62,950 bases of DNA, filler included, from Octopus bimaculoides (GCF_001194135.2; 7 parts of 7 records of this genome joined end to end with filler, not necessarily neighbours in it); one strand, 5' to 3'; counted from the whole stretch's first letter, positions 1 through 13,014 are shown. Numbers and translations: made by a program. Notes: generated by a model from the letters alone, not told the origin.

Positions 1-1956
1 GCTGCTTCTAAGTTGTGTATTATACATGCAGCTTCCTTTTTTCCCTTCTTTTTTTTCTCTTCTCTTTTTTTTTTTTTTGTTATAAACAATAGATGAGCAT
101 ATTATCAAAAATGAACCTACGCGCATCCAGATGTAGCTAAATGATATATTGATTACCAACCTCCAGCCTGTTGTTAATTTGGGACCCTAGTCTGTGTATG
201 AGTATAGCTTCCTTAATTCTTAAACTGAAATATATGATAGACTGGCACTAGAACATTTAAGCAATGACAGACTATATTCTGAAGTGACAGATATAACTGC
301 GACCAGGATTGAGGACTGAATTAACACCGCATGGACTGACATCTGTAGAAGGTAACAACCACATAGCAAATACAAGAACAACTTCATCACAAAGAACATT
401 AGATTACCCAACAAGGATAGCAATACAATCCAGATTAGACCCATCGTCTCCAGCATGGAAGGATCTCTATATAAAATATCCTGGCTACTTTCTCACATCC
501 CAAAACTCATACTCTCCACCTTTCCTGGACACGTCAAGAACTCTGACAAAGTCATCAAAAGACTGCACCAATTGCCCCCAGACCAACTCAGGCAAAACAG
601 ATATGCCTTTAGTTTTGACATTGTCTCAATGTACACAACGGTACCAGCACACTCGGTGGTCAACCTATTGACTGACTGCATGATAACATCCGACATCCAA
701 TGCTTCGGACTTACCGCAGCTGATATACATCAATTTTTGTCCATCATCGTGGACAACACCTACTTCTCTTTCCAGGACCACATATACAAACAGATAACAT
801 GTCTCCCCATGGGAACCAGCCTCTTGGGCCTACTAGCCATCACTTATATGAACCATCTGGAATGTCAAGCACTCAACATCTGCCACTCATGCGCCTTCTT
901 TACCAGGTACGTAGATGACATCCTCATATTCACAACCTCCCGTGGAGAGCCTGACAGAATATTTACGATGTTCAATAACATGGATATGAACATAAAGTTC
1001 ACTATAGAACATCCCGACATCACTGGATCACTATCACTACTTGACTTCGAACTGAATATAGCGGAAGAAGGGGAGATCCACACCGAGTTCTACAAAAAAG
1101 CTGCCAGTAGAGATATATTTGTCCAATACAATTCAGCACTTCCACTCGTGCCAAAATAGGATATGCCAGAATTGAACTTGCATGCATCCAGGGCAAGTCC
1201 AGCAGAACGGAAGATAAGGTGACCCACATTGCACTCTTCCTAGATATATTGAAAACCAATAGGTACCTTAGATCCATTGTAAATCAGCTTAAGTACCCAA
1301 GACGACCAGCACGCTGAACACAGAAAACCCAGCAACACATGCTTCCTTAAAATACCCCATTTTAGCGAGAGAATAACTACAGCCATCTGAAGAGTCATAA
1401 GAAGAGAAGGGCTAGACATACAACTCGCCCACTTTGGCCCCTCTCTGAGAAGACACCTCACAAAGAAACAAACAAGGGACAATAATCAACGCACACTAAC
1501 AAACTGTCCCATCTGTGACACAGATTTATGCCAACGGGTAAATGTTGTGTATAGAATACAATGTAACAAATGCAACAAGCTCTATGTGGGTAGCACAACA
1601 AGACCATTACTCGTCCGCATCAAAGAACATCTGAACACGAGAGCCTCCTCCTTCAGAAAACATCTAGACAGATGCCGGAATACTGACAAAAGCATAACAG
1701 TCACAATTGAGGCCAATGAAAGAAATTTGGGTAATTTAAGAATTAAGGAAGCTATACTCATACACAGACTAGGCCCCCAAATTAACAACAGGCTGGAGGC
1801 TGGTAATCAATATATTATTTAGCTACATCTGGATGCATGTAGGTTCATTTTTGATAATATGCTCATTTATTGTTTATAACAAAAAAAAAAGAGAAGAGAA
1901 AAAAAAAGAAGGAGAAAAAAGGAAGCTGCACGTATAATATATAACTTAGAAGCAGC
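1..1956 (+). mobile_element. Penelope-like retroelement (PLE), degenerate: RT + C-terminal GIY-YIG endonuclease, with inverted copy of its 3' end at 1-224
   Basis: Reads IRPIVSSMEGSLYKISWLL, FSFDIVSMYT, YKQITCLPMGTSL, RYVDDILI and LSLLDFEL (PLE RT). This is followed by NCPICDTDLCQRVNVVYRIQCNKCNKLYVGSTTRPLLVRIKEH...LRIKEAILI (Cys-rich linker + GIY-YIG). Contains frameshifts and stops. 1-224 is the reverse complement of 1735-1956. Confidence 0.92.
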
Positions 1957-2846
1957 ACTACGGATGTATCAGCACACATGAGATTGAGATATGGTTGACC
2001 TCACGCACTTCTCATGAGGAGTTCCAGAAGGAGCTTCGTGAGACAACTGCTGAGACACTTCTGGACAAAAAAAAGAAAAGCCGTTGGAAAACTGATTATA
2101 GCAGCAACTCCATCTAAGAATATCTGAAGAAGGAATTTCATTCCGAAATATTATCAGACTATGGATGACTAAATTACAACAGGTATATAGTCCCTTGTTT
2201 GTATTATAGTGCATTGTTGTACCATTCAAAGCTTTTTATTCTTTACAAACAATGCACAATGCTTCAAGCGAACTACAATACTCTCCTTTTACATAAATTA
2301 TTTTATTTATATTTGCATAAATAAATTACGAATAAATGATCCAGCAGCAGCTGTGTACTGGTACTTCATCAGGTAGGTTGCTTTGAAGGCAATGCTTTCA
2401 AAGCAATCTACCTGATGAAGTGCCGAGTACACAACTGCAGCTGGATCATATTTATTTAAGTAATTATTTATAAAAGAATCTATATAATGGTATGAGACAG
2501 AAAACTCAGCAACTAACAGTTGTTATCACTGCACAGAAACAATTGTATTTTGTAATTAAAGCCTGTTTATTCCATCTTGTAGGGCCTTGCTGATTGGATG
2601 AGGTAGATGTGTGGAAGGGTAGCTTTCATCACTCTCTTCTGCTTAGTGACTGCTGATGTGGGTATGTGCCTCTAATCCATCTTCTTGAATAAATTTTTAT
2701 ATAAATTCTATACACAAATGGAGTTCCACATGTACACCAAGTATAAGGAATAACTCTGCCGTAAGCTGGCATCTAGTAGCTGATAATTCTATAGAAGCTT
2801 TTTAAATGTATGTTATGAGGTTATAACCCAAATAATACTGAATATA

Positions 2847-2877
<31 letters not shown>

Positions 2878-3019
2878 ACATACATACAACCAGGCTTCTT
2901 TCAGTTTCCATCTACCAAAATCACCCGCAAGGTTTTGGTCAGCCCAAGGTATCACGCACTGTGACTGAACCCAAAACCACGTGGTTGGGCAGCAAGCTTA
3001 ACCACACAACCATGCCAAG

Positions 3020-3975
3020 AAGCAAAGAGAGATTAAAGAAGAAACTGTGACATAGTGTGTAAATACAGATTGGAGTGTGGATGGGATGAGGTGAGGTAAG
3101 CAGTGGAGAATTAGATTTGTTAATTACTCTAAGGCAATTAACTAACAATCATGATAGGAGAGAGAACCTATGGCAGAAGAGAGAGATATACGACATAGAT
3201 GGGCTGAGTGAGTTAGAGGGTGCGGAAAGAAATTGGAAAAGGGGACAAAGAGTAGGAGTAGATGAGAAAGAGAAACGAGAAACAAGAGGAAAAGCACATA
3301 TGGTAAAGAGTGAGAAAGAAAGTAAGGGGGGAGAAAGAGAAAAACTAAGATAAAATGGTGGGAGGAGGAAAGAGGATAGGAGTAAGGGAGTAATGGAAAC
3401 AGAGAGAGGGAGAAGATGGGAATAAAGTGAAAGAGAGAGAGAGTGAGAGCGAGAAAGAGTAAAGGATGGTGAAAGGGAAGATAGGGAAAGAGTGGAGCGA
3501 GCAATTTAGTGTATGTGGGAGTGGAGACAAAGAGGAAGGTGAAGACAAAGATATTGTAAGGAAAAAAAGAAAGTAATGAAGAAAAAATAAATTGAGAGAG
3601 AGAAAATGAAAGAAATTGAGAGAGAAAAAGATAGCAGAGAAGAAAGAGATAGTATGAAAGAAGGAGATGGAAACATGAAAGAGAACAGTGAGAGAGGGAG
3701 GAGAGAGAAGATAAAAATAAGAGGTAGCAATAAGAGAAAAGAATAATCAACAGAGGCAACATGAGAGATGACCATGATGGCGGTGGCAGGGATATTTTTC
3801 ATGACGGTTGTGGTGGTGGTGGTGGTGGTGGTATTAATCACGGTGGTAGCGGCAATGGTATTATTTATGATGATGATGATGATGGCAGTAATGATGACGG
3901 TGTAGTGGTGGTAGTGATGGCAGCGGCGGTGGTGTTGCTGTTCATGATCATGATCATAATAATAATGATGATTGA
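3020..3975. repeat. Purine-rich (GA) low-complexity tract followed by GGT/GAT trinucleotide mosaic
   Basis: Direct inspection. The ORFs here are compositionally biased artefacts. Confidence 0.85.
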
Positions 3976-4428
3976 TTATAAAATGTATTCCTTTCTGTTG
4001 TTCAGCCTTCCACAAGAAATTTCTCATTTTTTAGTTATTGTTTTTTTTTCTTTTTATGCTTTTCTTTCTTTCTTTTTTTCTTTTCCTTCATTTGTTGATT
4101 AATTTTTTTTACTCTTTCTTTTTAACAAAAATTTGTCAAATATTTCCAGCTAAAATCTTCAATTTCACACCAACTCTCAACTCTATATTATGTAAAACAG
4201 ACTTAACAAGGCAGCTAAGCTTTGGTAGGAGCAATTTATATTGNNNNNNNNNNNNNNNNNNNNNNNNNNNNNNNNNNNNNNNNNNNNNNNNNNNNNNNNN
4301 NNNNNNNNNNNNNNNNNNNNNNNNNNNNNNNNNNNNNNNNNNNNNNNNNNNNNNNNNNNNNNNNNNNNNNNNNNNNNNNNNNNNNNNNNNNNNNNNNNNN
4401 NNNNNNNNNNNNNNNNNNNNNNNNNNNN

Positions 4429-4500
4429 TTCTTCTTCTTCTTCTTCTTCTTCTTCTTCTTCTTCTTCTTCTTCTTCTTCTTCTTCTTCTTCTTCTTCTTC
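4429..4500. repeat. (CTT)n microsatellite
   Basis: Perfect array adjacent to a gap. Confidence 0.95.
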
Positions 4501-5029
4501 AAGCTGCATTTCTTTTGTATGTATATCCTTGTGTTTAAACATGTTTTCATGTACAGGGGTTGATGATGTTGTTATTCTTCTTCCTCTTCTACTTTCAAGC
4601 TCAAGTCAGCCATGATCATGTTGATTTTTATAATCAAAGGCATTCCAACCATGACCATCCCTTCCCATCTTGTATTCAGAAAGAGAGTATTTAGGACCAG
4701 GTAGAAAATAGTGAGTGATGACAGAAGAAGAACCAGGATGAATGAATGGAGAAAGCAAGAGGATAAATGGTAAAACTAATGTAATTAAGGTAAAAATGTG
4801 ATGGAGAATGATGGGTAAGCTACCTTGGGAACTACCGATCACTCTATCACTTTTTATCACCTGTTTACCCCTAAGTCATTCAGTTGTTACCTCTATACTC
4901 CTGGTACTTTCACTTACCCAGTTGCGTAACTGGAGTGGAGATAGACCTGAACTGAACTGAACTTTCCCTAGCTGGTGACCAGAATGAAAGGCTGTTCCCC
5001 TGCAACCAATATACTACTGTGGGTGCCAC

Positions 5030-5690
5030 TGAATGATGGACTCTAGTGATGATGCTATTCCATGCTTTTCAATCTATGGCACTGGCCTTGGCATGCTCAA
5101 GGTTGAGGTGCTGCAGCTTCAGGTTTTCCTCAATTTGTTTTGCCCATGTCTTCTTCAGTGCATGGGTTGCTGCCACCACAAAAGTTGGTGTGGTAGTCTT
5201 CCAGTGCTCATCCTGCAGATGTGGCCAAACCACAGTAGCCTGCATTGCCAGACTTGGTCTTCAATGGTCGGCTGCCATTGGCATTGTTCTTGGATGTTGC
5301 TGTTTAAGATTCAGTCACTGAGAAAGACACCAAGGATTTGACAAAGACACCGCATTTGGATCACCTTGACTTTGTTCAGGTCTTGTTTGAGGATGGTTCA
5401 GGCTTCAGCACTGTAGAGGAGGACAGGCAGAACCAGCATGTGGAAAAGATGGATCTTGGTCTCAAGAGAGATGTTGGGTTTCTTCCAGACACACCATTGA
5501 AGGGATGTGAATGCCAAAGTTGCAGACCTGATTCAGCAGTTGATCTCTGCTTTCTTCTCAGTAACCAGTTAACCAAGATATAAAGAAATATCTTGGGGGG
5601 AAGGAGTGATCTTCCCTGGGTGATACTTTTTGGAGGCAGCACTTTTGGTTCTGCTTTATAAGCCTGTATGGGTGGGGTGGGGGTCAAGGA
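5030..5690 (-). mobile_element. RTE-clade LINE, 3' RT/thumb fragment
   Basis: Minus frame reads VWKKPNISLETKIHLFHMLVLPVLLYSAEAWT...QMRCLCQILG...RLLWFGHICRM, typical of the RTE C-terminal region, with stops. Confidence 0.8.
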
Positions 5691-6346
5691 GAATGGTTGG
5701 TTGAGGGTGAGGCAAAGGCAAGGCTTGCCTCAGATGGCACACATGCACTCTGGCTCCCTCTCAATACACTTACTCAATCTGACCCCTCTTCACTCCATAT
5801 AGGGTCTCTGCCACTCAAGGTTAACCAAACCATGCATTTGCTCACATGTGTGCAAGCCCAGATGAAATACTTTTTTGAGGGAAAACCATCAGACATTTAT
5901 ATTAAAGGATATGAATTCTGCTGAGGTTGACTTTAACTTTCATCTTAATGGGGTCAATAAAGTAAGTACCAGTTGAACACTGGAGTCAACGTAATTGACC
6001 TACCCCTCCCCTGAACTTACTGGCTTTGAACCAAAATTTGAAATCTATACTAAAGGATACATATAACATCAGCAGCATCAGCATCATCATCAGCATCAGT
6101 TTAACTTTTCCATGTTTAACTGGGTCAGATGGACATCGTTGACACAGATTTTCTAAAGCCAAATGCCCTGCCTTTTGTCAAACCTCACCTGTTTCCAAGG
6201 AAGCTGATATTTGCCCATGGAAGACTGGAAAGGAATGAAATTGTTTGAATGATGATAACACTTGGTGACAATGGCTGCATGATGTCAAGACAAAGAGACA
6301 CAAACATAGACACACGCATGCAAAGATGTACATACACTTACATACC

Positions 6347-6392
<46 letters not shown>

Positions 6393-7153
6393 NNNNNNNN
6401 NNNNNNNNNNNNNNNNNNNNNNNNNNNNNNNNNNNNNNNNNNNNNNNNNNNNNNNNNNNNNNNNNNNNNNNNNNNNNNNNNNNNNNNNNNNNNNNNNNNN
6501 NNNNNNNNNNNNNNNNNNNNNNNNNNNNNNNNNNNNNNNNNNNNNNNNNNNNNNNNNNNNNNNNNNNNNNNNNNNNNNNNNNNNNNNNNNNNNNNNNNNN
6601 NNNNNNNNNNNNNNNNNNNNNNNNNNNNNNNNNNNNNNNNNNNNNNNNNNNNNNNNNNNNNNNNNNNNNNNNNNNNNNNNNNNNNNNNNNNNNNNNNNNN
6701 NNNNNNNNNNNNNNNNNNNNNNNNNNNNNNNNNNNNNNNNNNNNNNNNNNNNNNNNNNNNNNNNNNNNNNNNNNNNNNNNNNNNNNNNNNNNNNNNNNNN
6801 NNNNNNNNNNNNNNNNNNNNNNNNNNNNNNNNNNNNNNNNNNNNNNNNNNNNNNNNNNNNNNNNNNNNNNNNNNNNNNNNNNNNNNNNNNNNNNNNNNNN
6901 NNNNNNNNNNGAAACTAGTCTAGTCTGCAGATGCCAAACCAGCAGGGGGACACTGCTGACCTCCCCTGTTCGAAGGTTATAAAGGACACAGGTTTCGTGT
7001 GTCACATAGCTAGCTAGAGGCGATGGCTTCTTGGAGCTAATTCACGGCAGCTTTCGTCCTAATTTTGGGACTGCCATGTTGGCTTGGCGATAACTATTAA
7101 TTTCCAGTACCGCTGCCGTAGTCTCCTTTAGAGAGACTTAGAAATATTAATAA

Positions 7154-7184
<31 letters not shown>

Positions 7185-7250
7185 GCGGCATATGTACACT
7201 TTGTCTCTTATATATTATATACAAACACACACACACACACACAAACACAC

Positions 7251-8020
7251 ATGACGGTCAGCTGGAAAGTTCATAGGCTGACCAAGATACCCTCATGTAA
7301 TGTGACCAAATGAGGCTTATTTTTCAACATAGTCCCACTTGTTGTTCACATATTTCTTCTATTGGTGTTGCAGTGCTTGGATCCTTCTATTGGGTAATGA
7401 AGCTTTCATCCTGTTAAACAAAGACATCATCAACAATGGAGATGGCATTATCACTGCAATACTGGCTCCTAGCCAAGTGTTTTTTTCCTGTTGGGGAACA
7501 GATGATAGCCAGATGGGTCCAAATCAGGAGAATAAGAAGAGTGATCAACCAGTCACACACACCAGCCATTAAAAGTAAAGGTTTGAGTACTAGACCATTG
7601 TCCTCATGAAACAAGATCCCTTTCGTCAGTTTTCCTGGGTGTTTTATTTTGATACCTTTCATAACTGCCTCAGTAGGTTGGCATGATACTCTCTATTGAT
7701 GATGTGGCCCTTTTGAAGATAGTCAATAAACACAATGTCTTTTGCATCCTCAAAACTGGGGTCATCACCTTCTCTGTTGGTAAAACAACCTTGGCTTTCT
7801 TTGGAGCAGGTGAGGATGGGTGTTTCCACTGCATGGATTGTCTCTTTGTCTTTGGCTCAAAGTTGTGAACCCAACACTCATCCTGGCTTAGGAAATGTTC
7901 AAAGAAACCTGCTGAATCTACCTCAGATGATGTCAGATTTTCCCATGATGTGATCAGCCTGGTGTACTTATGATCAGATGTCAGAAGATGTGGCACCAAC
8001 CAAGCAAAAACTTCCATTGG
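7251..8020 (-). mobile_element. mariner (Tc1/mariner) transposon remnant
   Basis: DECWVHNFEPKTKRQSMQWKHPSSPAPKKAKV and GKLTKGILFHEDN are mariner catalytic-domain motifs. A TIR-like end (atgacggtcagctggaaagttcataggctg) lies at about 7251. Confidence 0.8.
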
Positions 8021-8439
8021 TTAGTTGGAAACTTATTAATGAGAGTATGTGGATGAAAAGAGAAATGCTAATATAACAGGAAAACCAGAAAATTATATCT
8101 ATCACTCCTCAAGTATTATATAGTTTTGATTACTATTTAATATGTACAATATGTTGTAGTCAATGATTTTACTCATTATTCTTTATTATGTTATTTTCTA
8201 CAATAAATGTTCTGTTTAATTTCACAGTTGTTTTACACGCCTTCAAAGTTACCAAAATATATGCATGTATACACATGGGTACATGGTCTTACAATCAGGT
8301 CACATATAATTTCTAAAGGCTTTCAAAGGACAGCAACATTAGTTTATGCTAAAGCTGTGCATTTACAACATATTTAACACATTCTGTGCAAAAACTACAA
8401 ACACACATTATAAATATTATTAATATGCGCCTATGTATA

Positions 8440-9398
8440 TACATACATATATATGTATATATATGGCTCTCATTGAATCACATCTAACTTCTAATATAAG
8501 AGATGCAGAAGTACACATACTAAGGTATGCTGTATTTCATACAGACAAAAGCCATGGAAGAGCTGCTATGTACATTAGTGAAGATATCACATCTCTTGTA
8601 TTGCTGTCACACTCAAACTCAGTTTGAGACACCTTAATAATACATATAAAGTAAATTGATGCAGTTGTATGCACAACATATTAAGAGCCAAATATCACAA
8701 AATATGATTGCAAATTTGAGGTTAGCCTCGGACATAGAAGAAATATTAACAAACCTAGATCAATACATCAATAGACTCCTCCTGGGTGACTTCAACCACC
8801 CAAGAACATGTAGTCATTACTTGAACTTCCTAATATGGTGTTCATTGAACAAGTGATACTCAAGCCAACTAGGGGAAATAACATTTTGGACCTTTGCTTC
8901 ACAAATAATGTGGACCTTATCCATAATATGAAGGTGACATCAACAGCACTGTCAGATTGCAGCATTGTTGAACCAACTATGCATAGTCTTAAGCGAACTG
9001 TTGATATCTACCCTATCAGGGGGACTCAAGCCATATCTGACTTGGATTTTAATAAAGCAAAATGATAATCACAATGCAAAGAGATCCACAAACAAAACTG
9101 GTCCAACATTTTATGTATGCAAGACATTGATTTGAAACTCAGTTAGTTTATGTCAACAGTGCAAGCTATATGCACTAAATATACCTCAGAAAGAAAGGCC
9201 AGCATACTGACAAACAAGATTCCCAAGGACAGGAAAATCCTTATGAGACGCAGATCAAATATCACAAACTGGTTGAATAGACAACTGAAGGATAGAGAGA
9301 AGTCTATTTTAATATGGATACTCCGAGAAATCGAAAACAAACTCTCTTATGAAAATGAAAGAGCAGAGAGAGAGAGAGGGAGGGGAGAGAGAGAGAGG

Positions 9399-9437
<39 letters not shown>

Positions 9438-9600
9438 GTGGAAAGCATAAAAACAAACCTTTATACAAATTTGCAAAGGAAACAGCCACAATACAATATA
9501 AAATAGGACCATTATTCCAAAGAAATGGCTCACTGACTGCAGACCCAGAAATGATAAGTGAGATACTCAATGAACAATTTAAATTTTGACCTGGAAGGTC
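8440..9600 (+). mobile_element. CR1/L2-type LINE remnant (apurinic endonuclease region)
   Basis: ALIESHL...RYAVFHTDK, LLLGDFNHP and QVILKPTRGNNILDLCFTN...LSDCSIV are APE motifs. Heavily frameshifted and interrupted by a (GA)n tract. Confidence 0.75.
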
Positions 9601-9849
9601 GTGAATGTTCTAGCAGGCCTACAGTTGTTGATAATGAAAAAATGGAGACTACAATAAAAAATAATCCATGTCACACAATGCAAAACTTTGCAGAGATCTC
9701 TGCATATCTCATGTGTGTATTAACATTGAAAAACACTTGGTTATGTGAATTGCTGTGATGTTTGGGTGCCTCGTAACTTAACAGAAAAAGACTTAATAGA
9801 GCACATTTCCTTCTGCGATTCTCTGTTCAGATGAAACAAAAATTATCCA

Positions 9850-10445
9850 TTTTTGAAAAGAATAATCATGTGTGATGTGAAATGGATTATTTACAACATA
9901 AAATGAAGAATGTCCTGTTGAAAACGAGATGAACTGCCTTTAATCTCCCCAAAACCCAGTCTGTATCTGGAGAAGGCAATGCTCTGTATATGGTGAGATT
10001 GGAAAGGTATTGTGTATTATGAGCTACTTCCATGAAACCAGACGTTAGATTCTGGCTATTATTGTTCCCAATTAGACCAATTAAAGGAGGCAATTGATGA
10101 AAAACATCCAGAATTGGACATCGCTAGACTGCACATTTCTTTGCAGACCAGGTAGAAATTTGTGCAGCTTGGGTGGAATGTCCTACCCCACCCACCATAC
10201 TCACCTGACTTTGCACTTTCAAGTTATCATTTATTCTGATCCCTGCAAACTTCTCTTAATGGGAAGAACTTTGATTCTTTAAAGGAGTGTAAAAACTACT
10301 TGGACCAGTTCATAACCCAGAAAGATGCCAAGTTCTGAGAGGATGGGATCATGAAGCTGCTTGAAAGATGACAAATTGTAGTAGAACAAAATGGGAAATA
10401 TGTGGTTGAGTAAAGGTATATACCACTGTCTAAGTATTGTTAATG
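9850..10445 (+). mobile_element. mariner transposase remnant (catalytic and C-terminal part)
   Basis: Across frameshifts it reads YYELLP...YYCSQLDQLKEAIDEKHPEL, LGWNVLPHPPYSPDFA and LDQFITQK...VVEQNGKYVVE. Confidence 0.8.
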
Positions 10446-10483
10446 AATTTTACTTAAAAAACACTACAAACTTCTTTTACCAA

Positions 10484-10551
<68 letters not shown>

Positions 10552-10651
10552 NNNNNNNNNNNNNNNNNNNNNNNNNNNNNNNNNNNNNNNNNNNNTTAAT
10601 TAATTAANNNNNNNNNNNNNNNNNNNNNNNNNNNNNNNNNNNNNNNNNNNN
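10552..10651. other. Artificial 100-nt scaffold gap spacer (44 N + TTAATTAATTAA + 44 N)
   Basis: The identical 12-mer is embedded in N runs at 10596, 22263, 38044, 54241, 58064 and 61658. It carries stops in all six frames. Confidence 0.9.
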
Positions 10652-10661
10652 GGGGGGGGGT

Positions 10662-12509
10662 AATAGGTGTAAAACATAAAGTGTGTATTAAACGAATATG
10701 TAAACAAAAATTTGCGCCAATGAACTGGGGCGGGGGAGAGGACTTTCGGAAAATTCACAAGATCCGATTTTTTCCTTCATAACTTTTAGGAAAATGGATC
10801 TTTTAATGAAATTTGGTGCTAGTATAGTATTCGGTATACCACGTTGTCAAACAGTATAGCCTATGTGATCTACTTTAAACGTTCAGTTAATAAAGGAAAC
10901 CAATTTTTCCATTATACGGATATGAACAATAAATTAAACTGCAAGCTGAGCCTGAGTGAGATTTTAGAACTAATATTTTTTTTTGTCATGGATATACCAG
11001 TGACCACAGCAGGAAAATCTAAAAATACAATAACTGACTGGTACAATGTGCCGCGAGGTGTGTGGAGCCATAGTTTATCATGAACCACGAGGGAAAATAG
11101 TTGGAACAAACGATAACCCCATTCAGATCGACGAAGCAAGATTTGTTGGTCGACAAAAATAGAGGAAGATTACTGAATGGTGACAACGCTCCTCTCTTCG
11201 AAGACAGTGATGCAGAACAACGAAACGAAAGGAACCATGGATGTAGAATTGATCAGCCATGGGTTTTTGGTCTCAAACAAAGCTCAGACTGTCGATGCTT
11301 TTGTGCAGAACAGCGTGGCAGGAACAGTCTGAACCCAATTATTGAAACAGAATGTGAAAAAGGTTCACTAATTCATTCAGATGAGTGACCGGCTTATAAT
11401 AATTTAAATGCCATAGGTTATCACCATCTGACAGTAAACTATCAACGACAGTATGTGGATCCAGTGACCAGAGCACACACTCAGGCCACTGAGTGATCAT
11501 AGTTAGATGCTAAAACTATGATTCTGAAAAAAATTATCTCTGAAATATCTGAAAAGTAAGGTAGATAACCCTGTTTGACACCGTGGTAGACCACATACTA
11601 TACTCGCACCTGAAATTTTATATAAATACCTTTCAAACGGCATAGATTACGATTATAAAGAAATTTATGGGGTAAATTTTATCCGTGAGGTGGGGAGAGA
11701 ACTTTCGAAAAATTCACAAGATCAAATTTTTTCCCACAAAAATTTTAGGGAAATGGATCGTAATCTATGCCGTTTGAAATGTATTTATATAAAATTTCAT
11801 TGAAATTTGTGGGGAAACATTTTTCCGATGGGGGAGGGGGACTTTCGAAGAGAAAGAAATTCGTAGATTTTTTTGGGGTTTTTTGCCTGACTGTAAGGGG
11901 AAAAAAAGCTTTAAAAAAAATTTTTAGATTCATTTATTTNNNNNNNNNNNNNNNNNNNNNNNNNNNNNNNNNNNNNNNNNNNNNNNNNNNNNNNNNNNNN
12001 NNNNNNNNNNNNNNNNNNNNNNNNNNNNNNNNNNNNNNNNNNNNNNNNNNNNNNNNNNNNNNNNNNNNNNNNNNNNNNNNNNNNNNNNNNNNNNNNNNNN
12101 NNNNNNNNNNNNNNNNNNNNNNNNNNNNNNNNNNNNNNNNNNNNNNNNNNNNNNNNNNNNNNNNNNNNNNNNNNNNNNNNNNNNNNNNNNNNNNNCCTGA
12201 AATTTTATATAAATACCTTTCAAACGGCATAGATTACGATTATAAAGAAATTTATGGGGTAAATTTTATCCGTGAGGTGGGGAGAGAACTTTCGAAAAAT
12301 TCACAAGATCAAATTTTTTCCCACAAAAATTTTAGGGAAATGGATCGTAATCTATGCCGTTTGAAATGTATTTATATAAAATTTCATTAAAAGATATCAT
12401 TTTCCTAAAAGTTATGAAGGAAAGACATCCGGTTCGTTGGCACAAATTTTGTTTTCATATTCGTTTAATACACATTTTTTACACTTTTAATACCTTTTCT
12501 TTGTGGCCA
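10662..12509 (+). mobile_element. Merlin (IS1016/ISXO2-like DDE) DNA transposon, degenerate, with long imperfect terminal inverted repeats
   Basis: Motifs across frameshifts: KLSLSEILEL, TITDWYN-CREVC, PIQIDEARF (11124), PWVFG, GSLIHSDE*PAY, GYHHLTVNY and YVDPVTRAHTQA. 10682-10814 and 12380-12475 are reverse complements apart from an indel. Confidence 0.82.
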
Positions 12510-13014
12510 GGTGTTAAAGTAAACATTAACCATACTATATACATTGTTTAGCCTGCAAGGTGATAGAAACGTTGTCGTGCCGGACAACATATAACGCAGC
12601 TTTTTTTCCCCTCGGCTTTACAATCTGAGTTCAAATTCCGCTGGGGGTCACCAATTTTTTTTTTTTTTTCACTTGAAATACCGATATAATCGTAATCTAC
12701 ACCACATGAAAGATATTTGTAGGCAATTTTATTAAAAATGCATCCATTTCTCTGAAAGTTATGAGGAAACAAAGTAGGTGGAGGGTGCTGTTGATTAAGT
12801 ATGTCCAGAATTAAATAAACATTCTTCTGACCATATTTGTAGCAATAACACAATTACCACAGTGTTTTAATTGAAAATTTGATTATAAACATTTCCGTGT
12901 CATATTTGCAATAATAAATTACAATGACTTGATGCATAGATTTACAAAAGGAATCCATAAGTAACACATTTCCCTATTAATACGAATATTGGTTTGCAGC
13001 AGGATTCTATATTA

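Noticed and set aside
3117-4102. Long ORFs (up to 206 aa) in GA-rich and GAT/GGT regions, plus all poly-X, poly-CV/HT/YI ORFs across the window
   Set aside because: Products of low-complexity repeats or N gaps lacking stop codons.
7040-7110. Minus-strand gtcc...ggac-GAAA stem resembling hammerhead stem II (repeat also at 55121-55185)
   Set aside because: No CUGANGA or G3/C8-type core upstream. Recorded only as an unclassified dispersed repeat.
10596-10607. Recurrent TTAATTAATTAA 12-mer (six occurrences)
   Set aside because: Always centred in N runs (44 N either side where counted), totalling 100 nt. It is an assembly spacer, not biology.
11611-12385. About 190-bp direct repeat (11611-11800 / 12197-12385) and the similar pair 43640-43770 / 44656-44785
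   Set aside because: Identical copies flanking gaps. They cannot be distinguished from assembly overlap, so they are not treated as real duplications.
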